A model generated the notes under the pieces. It worked only from the letters and a program-made list of their open reading frames with translations. It ran no database searches and was not told the DNA's origin. Positions 20,992 to 37,420 of a stretch of 64,000 nucleotides of DNA are shown piece by piece. The DNA is from Eledone cirrhosa (lineage: Eukaryota). Both the position numbers and the translations under genes were made by a program. The stretch covers positions 1-64,000 of the forward strand of contig CAXHJY010000623.1 of the NCBI GenBank assembly GCA_964016885.1, read 5' to 3'. The first letter of the stretch is position 1. Every line of letters begins with the position of its first letter.

Positions 20992-21629
20992 TCTGGGTCC
21001 CTTAACTGCGGTGGTCTCGAGTGCTGGTGTGGATGACCCTGGCTCTGGAGACGATGCAGCCAGGTCAGCTGTCCCACAATCTTCTCTGCCATCACTAAAA
21101 ATTTTTTCTGATCTGCTGCTGCCATCTGTATCTCGTCGGCATGTGCGTGCCTTCTCCTTGTTGGTGCAGCACGCGCGACATCAGCATACTTCTGGAGCGG
21201 CTTATTTCGGCTTTGGCTGGGGCATGTTGCGCGAGTATGATGGGCATAGTTCGTTTGAGACCTAGGGTGGGCGAATCTGCATCCCATCCCTGTCTCTCCA
21301 TGCCAGCATGTCCCGTTCTTGAAAAACTTGCACATTACTTGGTGTTTTTTGCTCCCAGTGTCTCGGTGCTTTCTGTTCTTTCTTTGAACAGTTGTCCACT
21401 GGTCCCTCTGCGCTTGGTTCTCCTTCGGAAGGTGATTTCGCTTTTCACCTTTGCCCTTAGCTTGTTGGTTGCCCGGCCTGCCCTCCCTGCCTGTAGCGGA
21501 GGGTATATCATTTTCTTTCAGGTCCGTGCTTGTGCTCTCCTCCTTTTTCTTTTTCCCTTTCCTTTTCCTCTTCCTTTTCCCTCTCCTTCTCCTCATCCCT
21601 CCCTTCGGTTTTCTCCTCCCTGAGGACAT
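20910..21629 (-). CDS. LINE ORF1 (basic N-terminus, CCCH-type zinc finger), possibly 5'-truncated
   Basis: Lys/Arg-rich stretch followed by [23 protein letters not shown]; ATG lies at the microsatellite junction. Confidence 0.7.
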
Positions 21630-21637
21630 ATATATAT

Positions 21638-21673
<36 letters not shown>

Positions 21674-21767
21674 GTATATGTATATATATGTATATATATA
21701 TATATGTATATATATATGTATACATATATATATATATATATATATGTATGTATATATATATGTATAC

Positions 21768-21800
<33 letters not shown>

Positions 21801-21955
21801 ATATATATGTATACATATATATATATATATATATATGTATGTATATATATATGTATACATATATATATATATATGTATATATATGTATGTATATATATAT
21901 GTATACATATATATATATATATGTATATATATGTATGTATATATATATGTATACA

Positions 21956-21986
<31 letters not shown>

Positions 21987-22860
21987 GTATGTATATGTAT
22001 GTATATGTATATGTATATATATATGTATATGTATGTATATGTATATGTATATGTATGTATATGTATATGTATATATATGTATATATATATGTATACATAT
22101 ATATATATGTATATATATGTATATATATATGTATATATATGTATATATATATGTATACATATATATATATGTATATATATATGTATATATATGTATATAT
22201 ATATGTATACATATATATATATGTATATATATGTGTATATATATGTATACATATATATATATATATGTATATGTATATATATGTATATATATATGTATAC
22301 ATATATATATATATGTATATGTATATATATATGTATACATATATATATATATGTATATGTATATATATGTATATATATATGTATACATATATATATATAT
22401 GTATATGTATATATATGTATATATATATGTATACATATATATATATATATATGTATATGTATATATATGTATATATATATGTATATATATATGTATACAT
22501 ATATATATATATATATATATATGTATATGTATATATATGTATATATATATGTATACATATATATATATATATATATGTATGTATATGTATATATATGTAT
22601 ATGTATATGTATATATATGTATATATATATGTATATATATATGTATATATATATGTATATATATGTATATATATATGTATATATATATGTATATATATAT
22701 GTATATATATGTATATATATATGTATATATATGTATATAATATGTATATATATGTATATATATATGTATATATATATGTATATATATATGTATATATATA
22801 TATATGTATATATATATGTATATATATATATATATGTATATATATATGTATATATATATG

Positions 22861-22909
<49 letters not shown>

Positions 22910-22958
22910 GTATATATATATATATGTATATTATATATGTATATATATATGTATATAT

Positions 22959-22990
<32 letters not shown>

Positions 22991-23214
22991 GTATATGTAT
23001 ATATATGTATATATATGTATATATATATGTATATATATATGTATATATATATGTATATATATATGTAATATATATATGTATATATATATGTATATATATA
23101 TGTATATATATATGTATATATATATGTATATATATATGTATATATATATGTATATAACTTTGAATAACTTTGAAATGTTTTGGCCGTATATGTATATATA
23201 TGTATATATATATG

Positions 23215-23251
<37 letters not shown>

Positions 23252-23510
23252 GTATACATATATATATATAATATATATATGTATACATATATATATGTAT
23301 ATATATGTATATATATATGTATACATATATATATGTATATATATGTATATATATATGTATATATGTATATATATATGTATACATATATATATGTATATTT
23401 ATGTATATATATATGTATATATATATATATATATGTATACATATATATATGTATATATATGTATATATATATGTATACATATTATATGTATATATATGTA
23501 TATATATATG

Positions 23511-23588
<78 letters not shown>

Positions 23589-23598
23589 TGTATACATA

Positions 23599-23630
<32 letters not shown>
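21630..23630. repeat. Degenerate (TA)n array (TATG/TGTACA variants)
   Basis: Direct inspection; 30-bp unique island at ~23157-23187. Confidence 0.95.
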
Positions 23631-23635
<5 letters not shown>

Positions 23636-25786
23636 TCAGGTTATCAATAATGTAGTGATAATATATCGTTACGTTAGAGATGAACAGCGTACGTGTAGGT
23701 TTGCTCAACGAGTATAAATTGTATTCCGGAGAAAATGTAGAAAAGATGAATATAAAATGAAAGTGCTTTTTTTAAAAAGGAATTTATTAGGTATTGACAT
23801 ATGTTTCTTTAACAGACGGAATACCTATGTATCGCTGCTTGCGCAATCATATAATGTTAGCAAGTATTCGATAGCAAATGTATAATCAGTTGTCACTTCT
23901 TCAGAGATTTTGGATAAATTGGATAAAATCAGAAAATTGAAGTATTAATATTAGTAATAGAGGAAGAAGAGAGGGGATAGTATATGACAGATGGTAATTC
24001 AATTTACTGCTAAACAAGTATATAAAGGGTTTCTAATGAGAATACCATGAGTAAATGGTTTATTTTATCTAAATAAGAATTTTTGGGAGTGCCAATTTTA
24101 ATCTATACTTGACCAATTGGACAGTGGACGGGGCTGGTCATTTGGTGTAGTAGTATTAATTATAAAGTGTCAATTGGGGAAGGGGGAGATTTCGATTGCT
24201 ACTGAATAACATCAATGCTAGTAGCCAGCGGGTATATGCATTACGGAATTGAATTATGAAATCAGAAATCTCATTTTATCTATAGCAGTTTATATTAAAT
24301 GGTAAATAATAGAAGAGTTGATAGAATTAAGACTAATAGAGAATGTTAATATCTATTTTGACAATCAAACGGAGATAGAGACAGGCGTTCAATCCTGGTA
24401 GTATTTATAATATGAAAATGTAGATTTTAAGCGATGGTTACAGTATAACGATCGCTCTATTCTGTTATTTAATAAAATGTTTTTGGATTTCATAATACAA
24501 AATAATTCCATATTACATAATCATAATTTACAAAATTCCTGTCCGTGGGAATATGGGGGGTGGGGGGGGGGGTGGGGCAGCCGCTATTATATCCCATTTT
24601 AGGTGAAATTGTTGGTTATTTTCACGCAGCTGCCAAGCCTTGTCTGCGAGTGTTGTTACATAACGCTGGTTTTCATGTTTTATCGAGTAACGATGTCTAT
24701 AAAGGCGTGATTTGAAGGTGGCTGTAGATCCCACATAGTACCACTTTTGTCTATCCGATTCGATAGTACATTTCTATATGATGTTGCGTTCAAGACACTG
24801 ATTGTTCAACGGACACATTCCTGTTGGACACAGTTACAATTATAATTTTGCGTTGTTGTATTGTCATGGATGGGTTGATGAGGTCGCTTAGGTAGGACAG
24901 GATGTTGTTTGTTGTTTTGTGATGTTATAGCTAATGTTTTACGTGTATTGTTATGTGTTGGAAGGCGTTTATACAACCGTTTTGCGTTAAGCTTTTTTAT
25001 ATGTTGTTCAATATTAGGGGCGGTTGAATATGAGAGTCGAATAGTGTTAGGGGTTAAGATTTTATTATATTTATGTGATGTTGGAAAGTGTTTTTAACTA
25101 ATCGAAAGAATTGTGAGGGTAGATTGGTTTTAATAGAGTTGTTATAGACCGGGTTGTACCAAATATACTCTTTACATCGCCTACTGTTTGGTGGTGTGCG
25201 ACTATTATTGTGTCTATTGCGGTAGTGTATGTATGGTGGTGATTCTGTGCTATTTCTACTCCTATGGGATTTATTTTGGGTGTTTTTGTGATCTTCGACT
25301 ATATATTCTATATTATCTAGGTGTCCGGCTTTCCTAAGTGCATCATCATAATATTCGGCATGTTCTTTGAAGGTTTGTTGGTTGGACGACAGGCGGGAGA
25401 TTCTAAGAGAAACATTTCTAGGAATGGATTTAATTATAGAGAGTGGATGGTTAGAACTCGTATTTACATATTTAAGGTTCTCATTTAGTTTATGGAACGT
25501 TTTAATCGTATCTGTATTGAGATTAAAAGTAACATCAAGGAAATTGACCTCTTTGGGGTTATATTCAAATGTAGTATTTAATCCTAGTTCCTTAAAAAGA
25601 TTTCTGATATTTTTACGCATCCTTTCTAAATTCTGGTTATTCATATGCTTAACTAATAGGAGCGCATCATCACGGTAGATTCCACCGTGGAGATCCTTGA
25701 ATTTTCCTTGTAGTCCTGTGGGTGATATAAATTCCCACAAGATCTGTTACTTCAGCCGAATCATTAGAGCCCATAGTAATATCAAA
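23631..25786 (-). mobile_element. 5'-truncated, decayed Naiad-type Penelope-like element
   Basis: [43 protein letters not shown]; GIY-YIG YYVGSTATFKSRLYRH..TTLADKAWQL; several frameshifts/stops. Confidence 0.88.
23790..23910 (-). ncRNA. Probable degenerate hammerhead with very long stem II (family C)
   Basis: Minus: CTGAAGA-~90-nt foldable stem II-GAAA-CATATG-TC; stem III palindromic, but stem I pairs poorly. Confidence 0.5.
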
Positions 25787-25845
25787 ATATATATATGTAT
25801 ATATATATATATATATATGTGTATATGTATAATATATATATATAT

Positions 25846-25879
<34 letters not shown>

Positions 25880-26560
25880 ATGTATGTATATATATATATG
25901 TATATATATATGTATATATTATATGTATATATATATATGTGTATATATATATGTGTGTATATATATATGTATATATGTATATTATAATGTATATGTGTAT
26001 ATATATGTATATATATGTATATGTGTATATATATATATATGTATATATATGTGTATATATATATGTATATATTATGTGTATATATATATTATGTATATAT
26101 ATGTATATATATATGTATATATATGTGTAATATATATATATATAATATATGTATATATATGTATATATATATATGTATGTATATATATATGTATATATAT
26201 ATGTATATATATATGTATATATATATGTATATATATATATATATGTATATTTATGTATATATATATATATATGTATATTTATGTATATATATATATATGT
26301 ATATTTATATATAGATATATATGTATATATATATGCATATGTATATATATGTATATATATATGTATATATATGTATATATATATGTGTATATGTATATAT
26401 ATGTATATATATATGTATATGTGTATATGTATATATATGTATATATATATATGTATATGTATATATATGTGTATATGTATATATATGTATATATATATAT
26501 GTATATGTATATATATATGTATATATATTATATATATATGTATATATATATATGTATATA

Positions 26561-26593
<33 letters not shown>

Positions 26594-26606
26594 ATGTATA
26601 TATATG

Positions 26607-26655
<49 letters not shown>

Positions 26656-26735
26656 GTATATATGTATATATATATGTATATATATGTATATATGTATATA
26701 TATGTATATATGTATATATATATATATTATATGTA

Positions 26736-26774
<39 letters not shown>

Positions 26775-28165
26775 TATTGTATATATATGTATATATATGT
26801 ATATGTATATATATATATGTATATATATGTATATGTATATATATATATGTATATATATATATGTATATATATATATGTATATATGTATATATATATGTAT
26901 ATATGTATATATGTATATATTATATATATATATGTATATATGTATATATATATATATATTATATATATATGTATATATATGTATATATATGTATATATAT
27001 ATGTATATGTATATATATATATGTATATATATGTTATATTGTATATTATATATGTATATATATTATATGTATATATATATATATGTATATATATATGTAT
27101 ATATATATTATATGTATATTATATATTATATTTGTATATGTATATATATATATGTATATATATATTTATATGTATATATATGTATATATATTATGTATAT
27201 ATGTATGTATATATGTATATTATATGTATATATGTATATATATTGTATATATATTTGTATATTATATGTATATATATATGTATTATATATATGTATATAT
27301 ATGTATATATATATATATATATGTTATATATATTATATATGTATATATATATATATATATGTTTATATAATATATATATGTATATATATATGTATATATA
27401 TGTATATATATATATATATATGTATTATATTATATATGTATATATATATATATATGTATTTATATATATATATGTATATATATATATATGTATATATATA
27501 TGTTATATATATATATGTATTATATATGTATTATATATGTATATGTATATATGTATTTATGTATATTATAATGTATATATATATATATGTATTATATGTA
27601 TATATATGTATATATATATATTTGTATATGTATATATATATATGTGTATATGTATATTTATATATGTGTATATGTATATATGTATATATATGTGTATATG
27701 TATATATTATATATGTATTATATATGTGTATATGTATATATTTATTGTATATTATGTGTATATGTATATATATTATTGTTATATATGTGTATATGTATAT
27801 TATATGTATATATATTGTGTATATATTATATGTATATATATGTGTATATGTATATATATATATGTATATATATGTGTATATGTATATGTATATATGTATA
27901 TATATGTGTATATGTATGTATATGTATATATATGTGTATTTATATGTATATGTATGTATATGTATGTATATGTGTATATATATGTATATGTATGTATATG
28001 TATGTATATGTATGTATATGTGTATATATATAGTATATATATATATATATGTATATATATATGTATATATATGTATATATATGTATATATGTATATATAT
28101 ATGTATATATATGTATATATATATATGTATATATATGTTATATGTATATGTATATATATATATGT

Positions 28166-28199
<34 letters not shown>

Positions 28200-28212
28200 A
28201 TGTATTTATATG

Positions 28213-28243
<31 letters not shown>

Positions 28244-28329
28244 GTATATATATATATATATGTATATATATGTATATATATATATTTTTATATATATGTA
28301 TATATATGTATATGTATATATATATATGT
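25787..28329. repeat. Degenerate (TA)n array (TATG with TT interruptions)
   Basis: Direct inspection. Confidence 0.95.
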
Positions 28330-28488
28330 ATTTGTTTTTTGAAATGCGCATAATAAAATATATTGAACTCCTTTAACCATCTTTTGATCTTATATTATGC
28401 ATACTCCAGTCCCACAAACTGTAGAGTGCTTCTTATCCGATATCTGCATTGCTTTATTGTACTACAATAAATACTCACCTCCTACATA
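28330..28488 (+). mobile_element. Solo pLTR fragment of the Naiad at 10534-14528 (3' half of HHR + tail)
   Basis: GAAATGCGCATAATAAAATATATTGAACTCCTTTAACC...CCTCCTACAT is near-identical to 10536-10595 (rc) joined to 14410-14528. Confidence 0.9.
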
Positions 28489-30715
<2,227 letters not shown>

Positions 30716-30917
30716 TTTCGTTTCTGAATTTGTTTAGCAAGATTCTTTATCTGAAATCGTGTGTTGAAACCGATATTGTTATACTTTGGGAGGGTCATGT
30801 TTCCAATAAGAAACACACGGACCAGTTGCTTTCACTTCAATTTATTATAATAAATTTATAAATTTATAAATTTCTGGTTGGTTGATTGGTTCCACAACCA
30901 GATAGTTGTTTATATAT

Positions 30918-30962
30918 AGTCATAGTTCTTTCGTCACACACTCTCTGACCTCTTCAGTGACT
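30918..30962 (-). ncRNA. Minimal type I hammerhead ribozyme (family D)
   Basis: Minus: AGTCA-CTGAAGA-G-GTCA(GAGAGTGTG)TGAC-GAAA-GAAC-TA-TGACT. Confidence 0.8.
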
Positions 30963-31162
30963 GGGGATTCCTTTATTTGTTTCTGTGCCTCTGCTTTTTT
31001 CTGTCCTACGCCATTTTGTTTCTGTGTGTGTGTTGTGTGCTCAGTCTGCGCATGCGCCACATCCGGGTGTCTGTGTGTGTTTATGTTCATTTATTTATTT
31101 GTTTATTTACATCTTACTGGTTGGCTGTTTCTTCTATATGTGTGTGTGTTTTCATTTTGTCC

Positions 31163-32907
31163 TTAATTGTAAGTTGTGATGTTGCTGTTCCACTCATATT
31201 TTCTATATAATTTTGGTTGTAATTCTTTTATTTTTATTGCCTCTGTAATTTGTCTAAACATTGCGTCTTTTCTGTGTGTAGATTCTTTTTTTATTTCTAT
31301 GTTCTCTAATTTACCCTTGTGTTCTATTTTAGCATGTTGGTAGAGTACAGATGATTCTTTACTATCTTGAAGGTCTCGCCAGTGTTCATTTATCCGTTCC
31401 CCTACACTACGGGTTGTCTCACCTATGTACACTATATTTTTGTCTCTACATTGTCCTTCAGTACATCTTATGCTATACACTACATTTCTAGTTTTACAGT
31501 TAATATGGGGGCTTATTTTACAGGTTATACATTTCTTATCTCTACATGAGGGTCTTTGAAAAGGGTATTCTTGCTAATAAGTGTTTTTACGGAGGTACCT
31601 GGTCTTTCTACTATCTTAATATTGAGTTTATGTTTATTTAGGGCCCTTCTAAATTTGTGAGCTAATTCACCTCTAGGGGTTGTATCGATGAACATTACAC
31701 TCTGGTATTTATTGCTATCATACCATGAGTTTATTCTATTAGCCTTGTTCCGAGTTCTTTCTATTCTATTCCAAAATTTGCTCCTATACAAGGGGCAGGT
31801 CTCATTTATGTCATTATTTACCATTTTTTCCCATTTGGTTCTGGCTCCTCTATACACTCTGATTTTATCTCTCTGATTGTAGCCAGAGAACTGCATACGG
31901 TGGATGAAGTGTTGTATGTGTCTCTCTAGTTCTTCGGGGTTGCACATGCGGGACACATTTCTCATCACCCGTACCAAATCCGCAATCAGTATGTTGATTT
32001 TGGTATGGTCCGAAACGGCCGAGTTTCGGTGGATCAGATGTTTGGAATTCATGGGTTTGGCATAATGGGAATGGAGGATTTGTTTTTTGTTGTTAATGGT
32101 ATCTAACCAGAGCTCTGTGTCTAGTACAGGTAATCGATGGTTGGGGTGTTTACTTGGGTAGTCTATAGTAACTCTAATGCTCTGGTGGATGGAGTTTGCT
32201 ATTTGCTGGATGCTTTCCATTGTGTTTTTCTCTAGTTCCTGACTGTTCTCTAGTGGGGGTGTCTTAACTACGATGTTTATATCATCAACGTAGCGGGAGT
32301 ACATTATCAGGGTTAAGGGGTCTTGTAATTGTTCTTTAAGTTTAAGTCTACTGTCCCACCATACCATGAATAAGTTAGCTATGTCGCCTGCAATGCTAAC
32401 ACCAATGGCTGCTCCTTCCTCTTGGGCATATGTTTTTCCATTAAATTTGAACATATGTTCCTTAAGGGTTAGTTTTATGCTGGCCCCTACCGCATGTGCA
32501 ATCATTTTCTTCAGTTCATCGTGGTTTTCGGGTGTCCGTATGGCTCTGGTCCACCCGTTCCATCTATCTGTGTGGGTTTTCTTGGCCATTGAGGTAATGG
32601 TAGGTGGTCTGCCTCTTGCTGGTCTTGTAGGGCACAGGTTGCTAAGGTCATATGTGTCTAGGTAATTATTACTATAGGTAAGCTTAAGTAGGAGTCCCAG
32701 CTCACTGGTATCAATCCCACGGAACTCAACCTTTCTCTCACTGATCATTTCTACGCATTTCTCCACAGCAAAATCCACGTCAATAGATGGATACAGGGAC
32801 ACAACATCCATACTGCCTATTATGCAGTTTGTTAGGTCCCTAGATCGGTTACTCACGCCGATTCCGCTGAGGAGGTCCTCCGTGCTGTCACATACATCTG
32901 GGGACAT
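31163..32907 (-). CDS. PLE RT + Cys linker + GIY-YIG endonuclease (partial; one frameshift at ~31555-31565)
   Basis: GSMDVVSLYPSI, GAAIG, YSRYVDDI, PVLD, HYAKPM; after the shift CRDKKCITC..NCKTRNVVYSIRC..YIGETTRSVGERINEH..RQITEA..LYRKYEW. Confidence 0.85.
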
Positions 32908-32918
32908 ATACTTGTTTT

Positions 32919-33240
32919 ACCCTCCCATTTCCAATTAAACCGAACGCTATCCTGACTGTATGTGTGTGTTTGTGTAAATGTATATGTATCAATGTATGTA
33001 TGTTTGTGTAAATGTATATGTGTGAATGTTTGTGTGAAAGTATGTGTGAATGTATGTATGTTTGTGTGAAAGTATGTATATTTGTGTGAAAGTATACCCT
33101 CCCATCTCCAATTAAACCGAACGCTATCATGACAGTATGTGTGTGTTTGTGTAAATATATATGTGTGAATGTATGTTTGTGTGAAAGTATATGTGTGAAT
33201 GTATGTATATTTGTGTGAAAGTATGTGTATTTGTCTGAAT
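32919..33240. repeat. Tandem duplication (~177-bp unit) with (GT)-rich body
   Basis: ACCCTCCCAT.TCCAATTAAACCGAACGCTATC.TGAC.GTATGTGTG at ~32919 and ~33096. Confidence 0.7.
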
Positions 33241-34781
33241 TATGTCCGTGAGAGTGTATTTTTATAAGTTTGTGTTTGCGCGATTATAGTTATATACTCA
33301 TAATAGTTATATACTCATACATATAGATGTATGTATGTGCACAATCATACTCTCTTTTTCTATATATATGGTAGTTGAAATGTGGGGGGGGGGGGGGCGA
33401 TGATATACCGGAAGTGCAACTTTGAAAAGAAGTCAATTTGAAATTATTTATTTTACGAAATTATTTTTGTTTACGAAATTGAGTAGATAAATTATGTAAT
33501 ATTCATTCATTATTTATTCAAAGTAATCCAACTTATTTTACAAACGGGATAAAAAAAATAAACTGTACGCAGTCCCGCGCTCCTTACTTTATTATAGTTT
33601 AGATAATAGAGAGTCAGGGCCCGACAACTGAGCTCTTGTCCTTTCGACAGCAAATTCCCAGACCATATCGTGTACTCTGATGAAATATGATCTTACTAGT
33701 TTAAACTGGTATAATTCTGATATAACAGATATGAGGGAACCCCCAAACCTAAAGTGCCCCAGGCCCCGCAATGGCTTTAGATTATAGATACAGTCGAATT
33801 ATTGTTATATTTTCTCTTAAGTGAAATCTTAAAAGAAAATAAAGGAAGAACATCACCACCAACCACATTAACAGCTACAAGAAGAAACCTCAACACGACC
33901 ACTTGGATTGCTAGAAATAACTACCAAACCTCATACAAATACACTCTTTCCTAAAAACAGAAGCGATATATGTGACTATAAAGAAGGATAGTACGGTCAC
34001 GGTTGGAATGCTTTGTATCATAGCGCTTCTCAACCAGGACAGATCTGTGACTAAACAACAACAACGGCAACAGCAATAAAGCGACTGATATAATTAAGAT
34101 AATGTTGTTTTCTTAATAATGTTTACGACTATCTGGTGCTTGTTAAGACGATAGCAGTCATTATAAGTCTGTGTCTTTCTACATTGCACCATATGGCTCA
34201 TTTAATGCAATATAGCGTGTCTTTTCAAAATAAATTGACTATATCCAGTATGCGAAAAATGATTTTATTCTCGGTGGAAATGAGGCGTTAAAGTCTTACG
34301 GAGATGAAAGGAAGTCTAAGATTGTGATAATGTGTCTATAGGTATTTATCTATATAGCTGCCATTTTCCTTCCTAGATTTACTTGTTTGTGTGAGAGAGA
34401 GAAAGAAAGTGGGAGGGACAAGAGATAATGTACTCGTTGTCTTTTTTTTCTTTTAGCTGTTTTTTGTTTTTGTTTTTGGACAGTAAACTTTGTGATAATT
34501 AGTCAAGCTTTTATATACCATTTAAGATTTAGATCACTGTTGTCAATGTATATGACATACATACGTAGACACACACTCATATATGTATATATATACATAT
34601 GTATATATACACACATATACATGAGTATATATACATACATGTCTTCTTTAAATATCTCTAGTCGAGTGAAACATTGTCACAAAACAAATTCTTGTACAGA
34701 AAAACAAACAAATTGTAGAACAGATGACAACGATCTCTATATCTTTCTTCCATCTCTCTCTCTCTCTCTCCTATATGTGTG

Positions 34782-34867
<86 letters not shown>

Positions 34868-35118
34868 CTATGGCGGGTAAAATTCCCGAGATCCATGGAC
34901 GAGTTCTCTCCAGCGGTCTCTGTCCCTCATTATCGCTGCCATGTCCTGCGTCTCCAACAGACCAGTGTCTGTCCTTAGGGCATCAACATACGTTAACCTT
35001 GGTCTTCCTCTTCCAGTGTGTCCATGTAGGGGCTCCCACATGAGCACTGAGTGCAATGTCGGTGAGCATGTCCAGCTAACCTCAGTCTCCTCTCTGTCAC
35101 TTTTGAGGGGACTTTTGC
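34868..35118 (-). mobile_element. RTE-clade LINE 3' fragment
   Basis: RRLRLAGHAHRH...LMWEPLHGHTGRGRPRLTYVDAL...MRDRDRWRELV, a typical RTE C-terminus; in (TA)n. Confidence 0.8.
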
Positions 35119-35289
35119 ATATATATATATGTGTGTGTGTGTGTGTATATATTCATGTATGTATATATATATGTGTGTGTGTGTATATATATGCATGTAT
35201 GTATATATATGTGTGTATGTGTGTGTATATATATATATGCATGGATGTATATGTATATATGTATATATACATGTATGTATATATATATG

Positions 35290-35334
<45 letters not shown>

Positions 35335-35343
35335 GTGTGTATG

Positions 35344-35386
<43 letters not shown>

Positions 35387-35467
35387 ATGCATGTATGTAT
35401 GTGTGTGTGTATGCATGTATGTATGTATGTGTGTGTGTATGCATGTATGTATATATATGTGTGTGTG

Positions 35468-35498
<31 letters not shown>

Positions 35499-35854
35499 CG
35501 CGCCTACACAACCACTTTACAGTGTGGTCTGGGTGCCTTTTTTGTCGTGACACCTCCACGACCACTTTACAGAGGGAGGGGTGGGGGTATACTGTCTATA
35601 TTCTTCAGCTTCGGCTTATACCCCTGTGAAGTTGAGCCTTCTGTATTACTGCGTAACGCCGGAGGTCTCGGGCCTCTCGCCTTTGAGAGGTAGAATTGGG
35701 CAAGATCAACTTTATGTATATATATATATACTGTTTCACCGTGGATCGCCTTTGAAATTAAGTCTGTAGAATGCTCAGCCACCTGCACATAGATTTCATG
35801 AGAAAACTGTTGATTAAATAACTGGAATATACTTGTGTGCGGGTGTGGTTATAT

Positions 35855-35908
<54 letters not shown>

Positions 35909-35909
35909 A

Positions 35910-35933
35910 TCTATAAAAGGCAGATTGTTGTTG

Positions 35934-35973
<40 letters not shown>

Positions 35974-36252
35974 ATGTTCCATGTTTATACATTTGCACAA
36001 TTTCAAACCGATTCGACTCAAAGTCTGTAAGAATGTTGTAAATTGTCTAACTTAGGACAATGACTATTTATTTCATTCAAACTCACCCACAATTACGGAA
36101 ATATTCGATAAAACTAAATACATGATGCTTTACCCCTCTAATACAATCTGAGTCCTCTCTCTCTACTCCCCTTAAAATTCGATAAAACTACATAAATGCT
36201 GCAACTTTCTCTTATATTTACGTTTAAACTTACAAACTTCCTTTAGGAACGC

Positions 36253-36297
<45 letters not shown>

Positions 36298-37069
36298 CGT
36301 TTGTTTTTGAGTGTGGAACGGTCAAACATTTATTTACTTCAATGACAGAGAGAACTTATTACTATTCATACGAAACAACAATTATTCAAAAGCAACAGAT
36401 AAATTTATTCAACAACAAAAAAAAATAGCGATAAATCTTTTTTAAAACCTCTCAACGAACGTGGAAGAAAGAAGTATCAGTTTATTTACTATACACAATA
36501 TCCTCTATGAGGTCACTAAACATGCTAGAAACAGCAGCACACTCTCCCCCATATCACACCCCTCCCTACTGTCTTAAATTAAGAAAACATATCCTCTATG
36601 AGGTCACTAAACCTGCTAGAAACAGCAGCTAACTCTCCCCCATATCACACCACTCCCTACTGTCTTAAAGTTAGAAAACATATCCTCTATGAGGTCACTA
36701 AACCTCCTAAAAACAGCAGCTAACTCTCCTCCATATCACACCACTCCCTACTGTCTTACATTTAGAAAACACACATTAGACAACCATGCAGAATAACTCC
36801 ATCGCAGCTCTGTTGTTCAGCTGGCATCGTCTACGCGCGTGTTGCGCAAGTACTGTGAAACAATACATTTCAACACTTCTTTGCACAGAGATAATATCCA
36901 TAGGTGAAACTACAATTGTCACTGCTGGCGCAGTTCCTGCTTCGGCAGTCCGGGTCTGCAATTCATTTACCCAGTGCATGGCAGACAAAAAAGTGCTGCC
37001 ATAAAATGGGTGGTGAAACCAAACTTTGGTAACTTACTGACCCCGAGCAACGCCGGGCTTTAATGCTAG
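35910..37069 (+). mobile_element. Putative non-autonomous Helitron
   Basis: Begins A|TCTATAAAAGG followed by (GT)n; ends with hairpin CCCGAGCAACGCCGGG then CTAG|T; no TSD. Confidence 0.65.
36498..36770. repeat. Three tandem copies of a 91-bp unit
   Basis: ATATCCTCTATGAGGTCACTAAAC.TGCTAGAAACAGCAGC at 36498, 36589, 36680; related dispersed copies near 33900, 41165, 41395. Confidence 0.85.
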
Positions 37070-37099
37070 TAATATAATATAATATAATATAATTGTGTG

Positions 37100-37160
<61 letters not shown>

Positions 37161-37420
37161 ATTGTGTGTATGTATATATATATATATATATATATTATAT
37201 AATTATATATATATATATTATATTATATATATATATATAATATAATATAATATAATTGTGTGTATGTGTATATATATATATATATATAATATAATATAAT
37301 TGTGTGTATGTATGTATGTATGTATATATATATATATATATATAATATAATTGTGTGTATGTATATCTATATATATATAATATAATATAATTGTATGTAT
37401 GTATATATATATATATATAT

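Larger units (their letters stand above)
17876..21629 (-). mobile_element. CR1-group (CR1/L2/Daphne-like) non-LTR retrotransposon with ORF1 and intact ORF2
   Basis: APE+RT ORF, short structured 3'UTR, (GTAAAAGA)2 tail, both ends in (TA)n. Confidence 0.92.
30716..32908 (-). mobile_element. 5'-truncated Penelope-like element (clade uncertain)
   Basis: RT and GIY-YIG coding region plus HHR-bearing 3' end abutting (TA)n. Confidence 0.88.

Noticed and set aside
19349-21265. Plus-strand ORFs overlapping the LINE
   Set aside because: Antisense shadows of ORF1/ORF2
33676-33720. CTGATGA motifs at ~33678, ~43044 and ~51149
   Set aside because: No properly placed GAAA/stem partners; the ~43044 hit is mariner coding sequence (SDE)
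34650-34690. GAAACATTGTC resembling an HHR 3' half
   Set aside because: No CUGANGA upstream; too short to support
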